NCBI GenBank assembly: GCA_964019335.1
Contig: OZ025658.1
Coordinates: 1 to 64,000 of the forward strand
DNA length: 64,000 nucleotides
Origin: Diplonema japonicum
Taxonomy: Eukaryota; Protista; Euglenozoa: Diplonemea
Direction: 5' to 3'
Every line of letters starts with the position of its first letter. Position 1 is the first letter of the stretch. Positions 34,431 through 46,811 of the stretch are shown piece by piece. The notes beneath the pieces were generated by a model, which ran no database searches, was not told the origin of the DNA, and was given only the letters and a program-made list of their open reading frames with translations. The translations under genes were made by a program, and so were the position numbers.

Positions 34431-35001
34431 CTTTCCTCTTAGTGGTGGGGGGTCCTTCCCACCTCCTGTTGGTGTGGTGTGCTTTGGGAGTACGAGAGGG
34501 AATCAATCTTTTTTTTAGGAAGAAAAAGATAGAACAGGTCTTTTTTTTTTTTTTTTTTTTTCTTTCACACACTATTTCTTTTTTGTTAAAGCAGTACCTA
34601 ACCGTCCTTGTTAAACGTAACATACACCCCCATTCTTTTTTTTTTTTCTCTCTCTTTTTTTTTTTTAAAGCTGGAAAAAAAGGAAAACAAAAAGCAAAAC
34701 AAAAAAACAAAAAGCAAAAAGCAAAAAGACCCATGACCCATGACCACAACTCTTTCTTTTACTGACTCCTTTGGGTTAGGAAAAAAAAAACGAAAAAGAA
34801 GCTATAAATAGGAAACCAAGTTTTTTTTTTTAAAAAAAAGGGGGGCAACAGAGGAACTTAAAAGGAAAAGAAGAAAAAAGTGTTTTTTTGAAAAAGTTCT
34901 AGGGGTGAGGTAAGGGGGGGGAAGTCGCTTTCGCTCAATTTTCTTCTACTTAAGGTACGCAACAAACAAAAAAAAAAAAACAAAAAAAAAAGCACGTAAG
35001 C

Positions 35002-35977
35002 CTAAGCGGTAAGCCCGAACGCAGCAAGCTTTTTGGTAAGCTCTTCAATCTCAGCCTTTACCTTCTTCTCGGATTTCACTTTGGTGATTTGCTCTTCGCT
35101 GAGGTCGTCACCCTTCTTGAGTTCCTGGGAGGGGTTTAAGTATTTTTTTTTTCTTTTTTTTTTTTTACTCCATACCGCGATGGATGTCAGCTTTGTCTTC
35201 AAGTTCTTCAACCTGTTCTTGATGGTCTTTTCGGTCTTGGGGTCCATGGTAGGTTCAGCAGGGGCCGCGGGTGCTTCCTCAACAGCTTTCTTGTTTTCTT
35301 TCTTCGCCTTCTTGGCGGCGGGCTTGGGGGCGGTTTCCTTTTTGGGTGCAGGGGCAGCTTCCTTCTTAGGAGCTGATTCCTTCTTGGCGGCCTGGATGGC
35401 CTTGACAGAGATCTTCTCAAGCTCAGCAATCTGCTTCTTCAGATCCTTCTTTGTGGCAAGCTTGTCCTTCTGGTCCTTGTCGAGGGTGGCGCCCCCGTTC
35501 TGCTTATCTTGAAGCTCCTCAACGGATTTCAGCTTCTTCGTCAGATTTCTCAACTGTTTGTGATTTTTATAGGCATGTAATATTACATGATGAAAAGGTA
35601 CCTTCTTCTGCTCTTCCTGGCTGAGGCCCTCGTGGCTCACAGCTGGCGTTGTGGCAGCGGGTGCAGCTTCCTTCTTCTTCTCAGTTGTCTTCTTGTCGTT
35701 GCCCTTCTTCTTTTCAGCGGGCTTCTTCTGTGTAAAAAATCGTTGTTTTGTGTTACGTACACACCTCTGGGGCCTTTGGTGCGTTGTTCGCCGCCTCCCA
35801 GTCCTTGAACTTCTTTTCTATCGTATTGAGCTCAGCGGTGACCTTCTTCTCCGTCTTCAGCTTTTCCTTCTGCTCTGCGTTGAGGTCGTCCATCCCCTTG
35901 AGGTCTTTGATCGACGCCAGCTTCTTCTTGAGGTTCCTCAAGGGGTTCGTGTGTGGGTTGATCGCCACCGCTGCCAT
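35002..35977 (-). CDS. Lysine-rich protein with three copies of an LRNLKKKL..I..L...L..EQ..K helical motif; introns 35125-35175, 35554-35601, 35728-35764
   Basis: Three internal repeats, resembling PYM1/eIF2A C-terminal or caprin-type helices, joined in frame by three GT-AG introns. Confidence 0.75.
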
Positions 35978-36201
35978 CTTGCAGTTCTTAGTATTTCCTG
36001 TCATATGATAGTTCCGTGGAACGGCAGGAAATGGCAGGAAACAAACTCTATGTACTTTCTTCTTTTTTTTTTTTTTTTTTTTTACAACAAAAGGGTTTTT
36101 TGACACAATGGTTACAATCTACGTTTTTAACAAAAAAAAGGGGGAGGGACACGAGGAGAAAAAAAAAAGAGAAAAAAAAAGCAACTCCTCCGCCAGGCTT
36201 C

Positions 36202-37549
36202 TTAATCCCTGACGGCAAACGATTCGATAGAGTGCAGCATCTTCTTTTTAGGGCCGATTGGGATATCCATGTCGCTCAGGTCCTAGTGGGGTAAGAAAAA
36301 AAAATCGCTTTCACCCATAGCCAACACATACCTTGTCAGTAAGGAGCCCCAGCGTGTCCAGGTCAATCTCGTTGGCCTGGAAAGCAGGCAGGTACTGCAG
36401 GAGGTTGAGGCTCAGAAGCCATGTTTCAACATCGGCAGGCGGTCGCATCTGTACTGCTTGTACGGGGGTCAGTGTGGCGGGGGGCTGCACATGAATGGCT
36501 TCAGCCTGGACGGGGACAGGTATGTTGTGCGAGGCAACAGGCTGTGGGGTTGGTGTGGATGCCTCGGTAGGCAGCGGTACTGTAAGCGGCACCCGTGAGG
36601 TGGACACAGGCGAGATGACCTGAACGGGGGACAGGGGCGTATCGTTCCTCGGGTTCGACACGGCGGGGGAGAGCACCGCCGCTACCTCTTGGCCCACTAC
36701 ACCACTGCCTTTAGCGATTTTGTAGTCCTGGATCCCCCGCCTCAGCTTGTACAGCCCGTAGAAGGCGTGGATGAACTCTGCCAGTGCGACGGCTGCATAG
36801 GACACACGCCCCAGCCGCGAGTCGATCTCGTCACTCGTCATGAACTGCTCCATCAGGTACACCGCCTCGTCCCCTGCCTCCTCCGGGCTCACGCAGGAGA
36901 GCCTTTCAGTTAGCTGCTTCGTCCCGAGCAGCGGCCGCAGCTGCTTCCACCCACACCCCCACAGCTCCTTCTTGTCGCTGCGCAGGTCGCTTCGTGTCCA
37001 GTTGTCCTTCTTCTGCAGCTTCAGCAGCAACGACAGGATCTTGACGTACGGAAGCATCTCAGAGGGTGGGTGCACGTAGTCACACAACCGGTTCACCTCC
37101 TGCACGGTCATCATGCGCACACCCCGCAGCGACCTTGTGTGCCTCTCGATGATGGACGCTTCCTCTTCATGCGAATACGTGAAGGGCACCAACACAGGCG
37201 GTTGGTGCTGCTTTACCTTCGGTCGCGACGTGGACCTTGCGGTGGCCTTCCTCTGGCTTCCTGACCTTTTGGTTACGCTCGCTGATCGCTGTGTAGATGC
37301 AGGCTGTTTCTTCCTGCCCCTAGGTGTGGGAACCATAGATTGGGGCATCGGCGGTGCGGCTACTGTTGTGACCTCGTTGGAGGCAAGGGCCTTCTTGAGG
37401 CCGTCGAGCGTCAGGGACAGCGAGCGGACGTTGTCCTCTAAAGTTGAAAGACGTGTGAACTGCTCCCTGTGTGTAGTCAGCAGGGGGGCGCTGTGCTGCG
37501 CGTGAGACGGTGGCGACAGCAGGTCGGCATGTTGCGCAGGGATGGGCAT
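36202..37549 (-). CDS. Protein with C-terminal SAM domain; intron 36283-36331
   Basis: VETWLLSLNLLQYLPAFQANEIDLDTLGLLTDK|DLSDMDIPIGPKKKML. Confidence 0.85.
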
Positions 37550-37634
37550 CCTACTGTGGGGGTAGAAGATAAGAGTGAAGAAAAAAACATGGGGGGAAAT
37601 AATAATTAGAAGTCGTTTTATCTTTTCCAGTGTA

Positions 37635-37868
37635 TCAAAGCCCCGTCACCTCCGAAGGTAGGTCACATTTGTCGTGTGCCCACTTCGTAAACTTTCCTTT
37701 CTCAGACTCCCAGTAGTTGAGCCCGCCGACGTAAGGCTGGACGAGGCGAGCCTTTTGCTTTGTTGTGTTAACAGCGCAGCAGTAGGACTCCTCGTCGTCG
37801 ATGGCAATCTCCTTCACGAGACAAGCACGGCTACCGGGGGGGACTAACGAAGACCTTGAAGCACCCAT
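37635..37868 (-). CDS. Small hypothetical protein, 77 aa
   Basis: Co-oriented GC-rich ORF starting MGASRSS after a pyrimidine tract and CAG. Confidence 0.55.
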   Translation of the reverse strand: MGASRSSLVPPGSRACLVKEIAIDDEESYCCAVNTTKQKARLVQPYVGGLNYWESEKGKFTKWAHDKCDLPSEVTGL

Positions 37869-37995
37869 GCAAGCATGCTGTGTGTACACTGCAGGGTACG
37901 TGTGAAGAAAGGGAAGCAGAGAAAAAGCAAAAAAAAAAAAGGGAAGTAAAGATACACTTAAGACAACAAAAGAAAAAAACACTTCGCATGATGGA

Positions 37996-38283
37996 TCACC
38001 CCACCATACTTCGCTTTCTTCCCCGTGCTCTGACCTTTTCAAGCCTTTCCATAGTGCCGGCACCCTTGTGTGCTTTTCGTTTATACGTTTCGAGTATTGT
38101 GTTTGTCAGGGCATCCTCGTCAGCATGCGTGCTCTTTAAGGTTTTTTATTTTATTCATTCTTTTTATATATAATTTTCTTTCCATCATTACCTGCACTGC
38201 CCGTTCCATGACATAGAGATCAACTGCAAAGTCTTCAACAAGGTTGTTGGATTGGGAAAGGCCGAAGTCGATGAGGCAGATTT

Positions 38284-38314
<31 letters not shown>

Positions 38315-38745
38315 CCCTTTCACCATACCCCATCAGGTGTGACCATCATATTGGAAGTAGTGAGGTCCCCGTGCACTATTTCTCCGTTGTGCATTTTCGC
38401 AAGTGTTTCACCTATTTTCGTGGCGAGTGCCTGTTTTGCCGCAGAGTCAGAGGGCGTACTGTGCTCGATGTGTTCCCGCACAGGCCGTCCTGGGACGTAT
38501 TCCATCACGATCCTCATTTCCGCCATATCACAGTAGTAAACGACTGGCACGCGGATCCCTAGTTTTCTGCACTTAGCCAGCGATTTTGCCTCCCCCACCA
38601 TTCTCTTCTTCCTAAGCTGCACGTCCAGCACCTCTAACCTATAGTCCTTCGCAAACCTTTCCTTCACCACCGCGTCCTTTCCGTAAAATTTTGCTTTGAA
38701 CACCCTCGCCTCAGCGCCGCTGAACAGCAAATCACCGACTTCCAT
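37996..38745 (-). CDS. BUD32: Bud32/TP53RK kinase of the KEOPS complex; introns 38134-38191 and 38285-38328
   Basis: GAEARV, KERFAKDYR, HGDLTTSNM, LIDFGLS, AVDLYVMERA, C-terminal VRARGRKRSMVG. Confidence 0.95.
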
Positions 38746-38888
38746 TTTTTTTTTTTCCTCCCCCTTTCTTTCTGAGAGGTTAGATTATCCTTATTTTCTT
38801 GTCAGTCAAAAAATGGGGAGAGAAACGGGTGTTTTCTTCTTTCTTTTTTTCTTTCTTTCCCCCTTGTCTTCTAAACACAAATAACAAA

Positions 38889-38922
<34 letters not shown>

Positions 38923-39462
38923 AACAACAACAAAAAAAAAAAAAAGATATAAATCAGCACTGTGAACTGGCCAAGGAACTCTGCAGAACTTGCGATATAA
39001 CATGGAATTTTCGCCCACCAAGGTTTCGCAGCTGCACACACCTTTAGTCTTTGTCCTCACTACATGCTCCAGCCCGGATTGCCTAGATTGGCTAAAAAAA
39101 AATAGGGGTGGGGGGATGAGTGCACCCCATGCAGACACGGCCTAAGGGTTTAAGGACAGCCTGCCATGTAATGAAGAGAAAGAAAAGATGGAACCCAACA
39201 TTGGGGGCAAAGCTTTTTTTCTAACGGAAAGAAGGAAAGAAGAGTAAAAAAGAAAAGACAGGAAAAAAAAAAAAAAAGAGGAAAAAAAAAATCACGCAGG
39301 AAAAAAATATAAGAAATGACAACGTTTTTTTTATTCTTCTTTTTTTTAATGACCCCATATCGGATTTACAAAAAAAAAAAAAAAAAACAAAAAAAAAACT
39401 GTATGAGAAGAAAGAAAAAAAGGGGGAAAAAAGCCCCCACTCCCCCCCATAAACTAACACCG

Positions 39463-41031
39463 CTATGCGATAGAAGCGAAGAATGAGAAGGCGGCGATAA
39501 TGCCAGTGGTGACCCCGAAAGCAACGAAAAAGTAACCGAAGCCCCTGTAAACAGTAGGGTGGCTTGCAAGGAGCGTGTCACGGAAGGGATCGAGCGAAAT
39601 AAGGAAGAGACCGGGGAAGATGAACATCACAGAAACCCCTGCAGTGAACCCGATGATGTCATTAAGGACAGCGAGGTTGGGGACAAGCATAGCAAGACCG
39701 GTCATAGTAGTCCACACAGCAGCGATTTCCATGACGAAGAACTTGTCGACGGGCATTGGGCTACCGTCATCGGTGCCACCAGACAGAAGGCTTCCCTTAC
39801 CTTCATCTTCACTGTCGCTGGTCAAGCTTTCATCATCAATACCCGATTTCTTCTTCACCAACAGGTCCCGCAGTGCAGCACGGCACGGGTGGTGGTTGAT
39901 GGGCAGGGCGCAGATTGCAGTGATCAACAAGCAAAACCTTGCAATCACAATCATAACATTGCCTTCATCGTACCCTGCCTCCATGATGTTCGGTGGGGTG
40001 TGCTCCCTGAAGGTCACGTAGCCGAAGAACGCACACGACGTGTACAGCAACACACACAACATGTACGAGAACTTTTTTTTGTTTTTTTTTTTTGTTGTGG
40101 AAAACATACCATGAGGACCTTGCTGAAAAACCACGGGCTGCGCACCTCCGGGTTCACCTCGCTGTAGATCCCCGGTGACTGGATGTGGCACTGCAGGGAG
40201 AGCGCAATGTTAGGAACGGCGTACAGCGCCTTGTACCCCTGTGTGACGCCCCATTCCACCGAGCCCTGCCCGTCCGCAGGTGCTGCAATACCCTTTTTTT
40301 TTTCAGTTTCTTTTTTTTTTTTTAAATTTCCCTCCATACATTAGGAGGGAGCCCCGGGACAGTTCCCGAAGTGAGGTCGTGTCCTTTGTCGATGACAACG
40401 ATGACAACGAAGACGACGGCTGCGAAGGAGAGGAAGGCAGTGAAGGTGAGGGAGGTGAAGTCCCTGAGAAGCATGGGGGGCAGGGCCATAATAGCACCCA
40501 CAACGATCGCGACCTTTTTATTTTTTTATTTTTGGATAAAATAAAAAGAATTCCCTGATATACCTGACGTGATTCGAACCATTTGTCCCCATCGTCTGAC
40601 CCCGACCCTGAATCACCGGCGAAGTGCTTCACCAGAGGGCCAGAAACGTCTGCGACAATGACCAGGCAGCCCACGCACACGAGGTAGCAGTAGAAGGCGA
40701 TGGTGATGCTCATGGCTATACCAGCTTTTTCCCCGAGGAGGCGTTTTACGATCTGCTGGAAGGACGTGCAGCCTGTCTTTGCAGTGACCCGCACAACGCC
40801 GTAGGCGCTTAGGCTCATCACCATGGCGAAGAACAAAAGAAGAAAGATCCCCATCCCCGCGCCTGCCATCCTGAAGGAGTACGGCAGCGTCAAGATGCCC
40901 GTCCCCACCGTGCTGTTGAACACCGTGAACACACTACTGAAGAAACCACCCCTCCCTCCCTTCTTCCCTTCGCCCGGACGGTTTATCATCAACACCTGCT
41001 CCTCCCCATCACTGTCTTCATGATACGGCAT
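39463..41031 (-). CDS. Amino acid transporter (AAAP/SLC38 family); introns 40072-40109, 40293-40339, 40514-40563
   Basis: FNSTVGTGILTLPYSF, FFGYVTF, multiple TM segments; the three introns restore the frame. Confidence 0.92.
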
Positions 41032-41216
41032 TTTCCCTTTTTTTTCCTCTCTTTCAAAAAAAAAAGTTTGCGTTTTTTATTATTATCATTTTATTTTTCT
41101 TTTTGCGAAGAATAAAATAAAAATGGGTGGAATGGAAAAAGGTTTGTAAGTTATTCTTTTTAGTTTATTTTCTTTTTTGCCATTCCAGAACAAAACAAAA
41201 AAAGAAAAAAAAAAAA

Positions 41217-41525
41217 GAGACATTTAAGGGTACCTGCGGTATGTGGCAGGTCAACCGAGTTGGTAAGGACACAATGTTGTACAGTTGTCTCTCAAGGATG
41301 TGGCGGGTCACCGGGGAGGCGAATACCGGTCTAGAGTAGTAGCCCCTTACGGAGCTGTTGTAGTAACCCAACGTGCGTAGGGAGTGGACAGAAACTACTG
41401 ACGCAGCTGGGATGAGGGGCGCTATGCCCTTACTGGTGTGGATGCGTTCTAGTGCCGTTATCACCCGGCCTATAACACGCGCGCTCACTTGGATGTCCTC
41501 ACCCTCTTCACAAGGCGAGAGTCCC
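41217..41525 (-). mobile_element. 5'-truncated non-LTR retroelement 3' fragment (subfamily B)
   Basis: Translates ARVIGRVI..KGIAPLIPA..VHSLRTLGY..GYYSRPVFASPVT, homologous by eye to ARRIKKLI..QGRKRPFPA..VKSLMAIGG..GFARRPIFASRET in 56365-57360. T-tracts on both sense flanks. Confidence 0.75.
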
Positions 41526-41604
41526 AAAAAACAAAAAACACATCCACCACTTAATCTATGAGAAGATGTCAATAAATAATTAACAGGGGGGTTCTTCACC
41601 CCTT

Positions 41605-42309
41605 TTAAGGAAGCCGGGTATAATGGTGATTTCGAGCCTCCTTCGGTTCCTGAAGGAAGTTGTCCTGCACCTGAAGCTGCGCGATGTTTAAGATCAGGGG
41701 GACCACCACCATCACGAGGAGCAGCTGAACGTGACGTCCGAAAATCTCGGTGGGAAAGAAGACAAGAGAGGCAACGAAGGAAATGGTACCAGACAGCAGC
41801 CAAACAAGCACGGCAAGAACGATGCGGGATGCCACTACTATGCACAACCAGAGAAGGGTCTGTTTATACCAATGCTGAAGACCGGGAGGCTGCCCGTAGT
41901 AGCCGAATTCAAGATGACGCTGGCTGTCCAGATTATGGTCTCGAATATACCCCAGCACCGCTTTCATCAGGTAGTAAGCTATCGCCACCCTTACTGTGCA
42001 GTCCAGCACAACATTTACTAAGTACCAAGTGCACTCAGAAAGGCTGCCGTCCTGTGAATTCTGCATCAACGACATGGTCATGTTGACGAAGTGGCATGAC
42101 CCGAACCCGACACCTTGCTTGGACGAGTCCAGCACAAACACCTCCCAGTCTCTCCTGTCCTCCTCCCTCCACCACTTCGCCACAAGTACCCCGAACGCCA
42201 CAACGAACAACAACACCTGCACCGACACATCAAAGTTATCGTGCATCACAGTGCATTCCCCTCCCGACGATGCTTGTCCACTGGCTGCAAGCATGACAGC
42301 AGTCACCAT
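41605..42309 (-). CDS. STIMATE/TMEM110-family membrane protein
   Basis: KWWREEDRRDWEVFVLDSSKQ, HFVN, CTWYLVNVVLDCT, FGYYGQPP, VMVVVPLILN..Q...DNFL. Confidence 0.85.
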   Translation of the reverse strand: MVTAVMLAASGQASSGGECTVMHDNFDVSVQVLLFVVAFGVLVAKWWREEDRRDWEVFVLDSSKQGVGFGSCHFVNMTMSLMQNSQDGSLSECTWYLVNVVLDCTVRVAIAYYLMKAVLGYIRDHNLDSQRHLEFGYYGQPPGLQHWYKQTLLWLCIVVASRIVLAVLVWLLSGTISFVASLVFFPTEIFGRHVQLLLVMVVVPLILNIAQLQVQDNFLQEPKEARNHHYTRLP

Positions 42310-42396
42310 TGCATAGTGTTCTTTTTTTTTCCCCCCTCTTTTTTTTATTATATTAGGAGTTGTATTGGAAAAAAAGAAAGCTTACGGTGAAATATC

Positions 42397-43164
42397 TTAA
42401 TGTTTCCGTCTTCTCTTGCGGATCACGAGCAAGGCAACCAGAACGACCCCAGGGACCATCCCAATAAGGTACACCAAGTAATACGTGTTGAAGATCGGCT
42501 GGGCTGTCTGCCGTATTTGTTGTGTAACAGCAGGGAACGGTGAAGGTGAAGGGCCGGACGTCGCGGTTGGGGGTGACCGCGACACCTGGCAGGTAGTGAG
42601 GTACGAGATGTTCGGGAAGCCTTCCTTCAGATATGCGTTCCCCTCCTTGGCAAGCCTGCCCGTTTCCACACCATTCTTCTTGTTGAAGGCGTGTATGTCC
42701 CCGTACTCTGTTGACCACGCTGCGATGGCATCGAAGCCTTCTACGACAAGGCCGAAGGGTGTTTCCCAAGGTGACTTCCCAAGCCTTTTATTGGCTCTGT
42801 GTGTAATAAACACCTGCGTTGTTCTGCTGTGGGAACCGCTTCCCGCAAAGCTCATGTACCCTTTGCCAAAGGCTATCTCTTTGTTCACGTCATCTTTGAT
42901 TCTTTTGAACCTCTTCCATTTCTCCGACGGCTCCGCGGGCAGCCCGAACTGACACAGAAACCCCTTCACATTCCTAAATAACCCCACTCCATTGTAAAAC
43001 CCACTTTCTACCAAGTCCAAAAACCTCTCGGCGCCAAGCTGCGACCACTCCTCGTGCACTTCGATCGTCAGGTTTCCCGTCGTGCTCCCACATGTTACGT
43101 ACTTTATTGCCGCTGTTGGCACCATCATGCACAGCACTATCACCAGTAACATCATCTTCATCAT
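42397..43164 (-). CDS. Cyclophilin-type peptidyl-prolyl isomerase with signal peptide and C-terminal TM
   Basis: GAERFLDLVESGFY, FRNVKGFLCQFG, SFAGSGSHSRTTQVFI, PFGLVVEG. Confidence 0.9.
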   Translation of the reverse strand: MMKMMLLVIVLCMMVPTAAIKYVTCGSTTGNLTIEVHEEWSQLGAERFLDLVESGFYNGVGLFRNVKGFLCQFGLPAEPSEKWKRFKRIKDDVNKEIAFGKGYMSFAGSGSHSRTTQVFITHRANKRLGKSPWETPFGLVVEGFDAIAAWSTEYGDIHAFNKKNGVETGRLAKEGNAYLKEGFPNISYLTTCQVSRSPPTATSGPSPSPFPAVTQQIRQTAQPIFNTYYLVYLIGMVPGVVLVALLVIRKRRRKH

Positions 43165-43436
43165 TTTCTTCTTTTTCCCTAGAAAGGTGGTTGCTGTGTC
43201 TTTGTTTGCAAGTGTCATATCAAGTATGGCTACGCTGTACCGTTGGTGAAAAAGGTTAAGGGTTATATTTGAACAGGAGGAGGGAACAAAAAGCTAAAAA
43301 GGGGGGGAAGGGGGAGAAGTGTTATCATCGACTCATCGCCTGTTAAATAAAAAAAAAAGAGTACGGGGGTAGATGTTTAAGTTCAATTTATATAAACAAA
43401 AAATTCGCAAAGCCCCCAATCCGTAGGGTTCCCCCC

Positions 43437-44586
43437 TCAGTCCCAGTACGGCAAGCCGTACCACTGCTCGGGTCGCAGGTAGTGGTAGCTCTTGTCAAGC
43501 TTTCGTATCTCAGCCATGTCCTCGTCGTCAAGGGTCAGCAGTGCGCCAGTCTGAAGGTTGCTCTTCATCTCCGATTCATGAAGAGTCATGGGCCTGAAGA
43601 AATGGTGAAAAATAAAACATGAACCCACATACATAGTGGCGACACCCCTTTGGGTGCACCATTGTAGGCAGACAGCTGCCACGCCTCCTGGGTCGGCTTT
43701 GAGACCATGCTTGGTGGCGATCTGGGTAATGATGGCTGCGGCCGTTTTGACAGCATACCTTATGGAGCACAGGGTGGTGGAGAACCTTTATCTCGTCCTT
43801 GCCCACGAACTCGCCGTAGCCGAGCGGTGAGTAAGCTTGGAACTGGATCTTGTTCATCTTGCAGTATTTTAGCAAACCCCATTGCTGGCAGTAAGGGTGG
43901 GACTCATGCTGCACCACAGCAGGCCTCACGTCCGTCCCGCAGAGAAGTTCATGGAGAAGCTGCACCTGCGTGTTGCACACGCCGATGTTCTTCACCAAAC
44001 CGGCTTTTTGGCACTCGACCATTGCGGCCCATGTTTCATGGATGGTGACCTTCATGTCAAGGTGAGGGGGGGGCCATGTCCCGTCAAGCTCGCTCCACTT
44101 CACCCCCGTCACCTTGGTGCATTGATCTGGTTCGTATTCCATGCTGAGGCCGGGTTTGTGAAGATCTTCCTCCTCGAAAGGTACATGGACGAAAGCGGTG
44201 GGCCAGTGCATAAGGTACAGGTCCACATAATCAACCTGCAGGTCTAGTAGCGTCTTCTCCAAAGCCTGCCTAACGTGTTCTTTTCTGTGGTACGGGTTGT
44301 TGAGTTTTGATGAGATCCACATCTCGTCCCGTGTGACGAGGCCTCCTTCGATGGCCTCCTTCACAGCCTCGCCTATCTCAGCTTCGTTGAGGTAGTTCTG
44401 TGCACAGTCCAGCATCCTGCCACCTGCTTTGATCCATTTCAGAACGTTCGCTTTCATATCGCCTGGTTGTGCCTTCTGTGTCAGCCTCGTGCCTGTGAAC
44501 GTTCCAAGGCCTATCATAGGCATCCTCTTCTCGTATCCTGTTGCAAGCTGCGCCGTAGGCAGTGTGGGTGGTTGAGGATCCGCCAT
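43437..44586 (-). CDS. Aldo-keto reductase; introns 43594-43632 and 43722-43758
   Basis: MPMIGLGT, LDCAQNYLNE, ISSKL, YVDLYLMHWP, IGVCN, AYSPLG. Confidence 0.93.
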
Positions 44587-44813
44587 GCTGGCTTGCTTCT
44601 GTGATGGGGTATGGCTAGCGAAGACGAGGGGTAAAAAAAGAGAAACAAAAAATAGGAAAAAAGACTTCACTATGACGAGAGGTGTGCGAGAAGTGCAACG
44701 ACTGAAGAAAAGAAAGGGGGGGAAACGAAACCCCGACAGTGGAATGAAAAGTAAAAAAAAAAAAAGAAAACATGGGGTAAGTCACAGCGTGCCAAACGGC
44801 CACACTCCCATGT

Positions 44814-44845
<32 letters not shown>

Positions 44846-45273
44846 CTTCTTTTTCTTTTTAAATCAGAACAAAAAAAAGGACCAACTTGGGTTGGTCTAG
44901 AAAGGACAACAGGATTGGGAATTGAATGGTGAGAGCACAAGGGAAAAAAAAAAAAAAAAAAAAAAGACGGAAGCCCGAAGAAAAGCACATTCCTTTCATT
45001 TTATCAAAAATTCTTCTCTTTTTTTTTTTTTTTACTCTTCTTTTTTTTTGTTTCGATGCTTCATTTTGCAGATTTTGCATTCTCCGGTCACTCTTATCTT
45101 CGACGAAAATTCGCATACGAGAAAAAGCGTGAAGAAAAACGAGCGTCAACGGCGTTTTTTTCTTTCCTTTTTTTTTTTCTTTTGCAACAAAAAAAAAGAT
45201 CGAATAGGGAAAGAAGAAGAAAAAAAATTTTTAAAAAAGAAAAACGTTGGACGGTGACGATATTGCGATCTCT

Positions 45274-46731
45274 CTATTTCTTGTTGTACCAATGTTTGCC
45301 CTCCTTAAGGTCCGCTGTGACCTTAGTGATCCACTCAGACGCGTCGCCCTGAAGCTTTGGCATATTCTCTGTATCCGTGATATCTGCCTTTCCTCGAAGA
45401 ATGGCAAAGGAGTTAACAATATCCTGCTGCAGATGATTCAACTCAAGCGCAGCCTCGGCTTTTGCATGAGCGGGCCCAAGCGACTTAGGTGCATCAGGAA
45501 GGTGCATAGGACAATCCGTTCGCGGTGACTCTTCAGAGAGGATATCCTCAAACGTTGTGGACCATGCGTCTCGCTTTGTCAGAAAATCCTCAAAACCAAA
45601 GAGTTTCTTCATTGTGGAGAGAACGCTTGTCGCGTCGAATTCGCTGTTTGAAAAGGGTTTGTTCCCATCGGTAATAACCTGCCCTTTTTTAAGCCAAGGT
45701 GAGATTGCAATGACAGGGATACGGGGGCCTAAGCGTGTGAAGTCAAACTGATCGGGAAACGACTTCGAATCGTCAGGAGCAGGGATGTCAGTAGGCGTGG
45801 GCACATGATCGTAGAACCCACCATGTTCATCAAACGTGACGATCAGCAAGGTCTCGTTCCACTGAGGCCCGGCTCTGATCATCTCATACACGTCCTTCAT
45901 GATGGCCTCGCCGAGGCGGACGTCATGGTCAGGGTGGTAGTCGTTCGAACCTTCGTTGGAAGTCTTGTTCACGAACCACCTTGGGTTAACCCACGAAAAA
46001 GCAGGGAGGTCCCCATTCTTGATATCCCTCTTGAATTCCCACCAATCGTGTACCTTCTCCGGGTTTGTCGTTAGCTTCTCAATGAACGCCATTTCAAGCG
46101 GTGCGTCCGCGTAGTAGAACCTCCAATCCAACCCAACCGACTCCATCTGGTCGAAAATAGTCTTCCCGAAGTACAGACCTGTGTCGGGGTGGGGGTACGA
46201 TGTTTCCGTGTCTCCCTTTGATGTCCCCATCAACTGGAACAAACGGTTCGGCCATGTCGGGCCGGGGACGGAGCAGAACCAACGGTCGAAAACGTTGAAC
46301 TCCTGCGCAAGGGCGGACAGGACAGGAAGACGGCTGTTGTTGAAGCTCCCCATGACCGTGGTGGGGTCATGTACCCTGCGACGCTCCCATTCAACGAAAC
46401 CGTCCATCTCCACTGTTTTCATCCCTTCGTTGATCCCCTTCTGTCCGTATATCTTGCTGGTTGTCGATGGTGTGCTGTGGTCAGGGTCGAACGGTCCGAT
46501 GTACGGGCTGTCGTCATACACGAAGATCCTCGGGCTGTTCGGGACTGTTGTGTTCATTGGGTTTGATTCGTTCCCCTTCAGCCCGTTCACTTTGGGGTTC
46601 TTGAAAAAGCCCATCAGGTGGTCGAACGACCTGTTCTCCTCCATCAACAGCACCACATTCTTGATCTTCCCACCGTACCCCCCGTGCACCGAGGCGGCCG
46701 CAAACAGACACACTAATACCACGCTTCGCAT
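45274..46731 (-). CDS. Non-specific phospholipase C / phosphoesterase family, secreted
   Basis: Signal peptide; ENRSFDH, PGPTWPNR, DYHPDHD, TFDEHGGFYDHV, LGPRIP. Confidence 0.93.
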   Translation of the reverse strand: MRSVVLVCLFAAASVHGGYGGKIKNVVLLMEENRSFDHLMGFFKNPKVNGLKGNESNPMNTTVPNSPRIFVYDDSPYIGPFDPDHSTPSTTSKIYGQKGINEGMKTVEMDGFVEWERRRVHDPTTVMGSFNNSRLPVLSALAQEFNVFDRWFCSVPGPTWPNRLFQLMGTSKGDTETSYPHPDTGLYFGKTIFDQMESVGLDWRFYYADAPLEMAFIEKLTTNPEKVHDWWEFKRDIKNGDLPAFSWVNPRWFVNKTSNEGSNDYHPDHDVRLGEAIMKDVYEMIRAGPQWNETLLIVTFDEHGGFYDHVPTPTDIPAPDDSKSFPDQFDFTRLGPRIPVIAISPWLKKGQVITDGNKPFSNSEFDATSVLSTMKKLFGFEDFLTKRDAWSTTFEDILSEESPRTDCPMHLPDAPKSLGPAHAKAEAALELNHLQQDIVNSFAILRGKADITDTENMPKLQGDASEWITKVTADLKEGKHWYNKK

Positions 46732-46811
46732 GTTTCCTGTGGGAAAGTGAGGATGAAAATAAGAATAAAAAGAGAAGAAACAAAAAAAGAAAACATATTT
46801 CTTATTAGACA

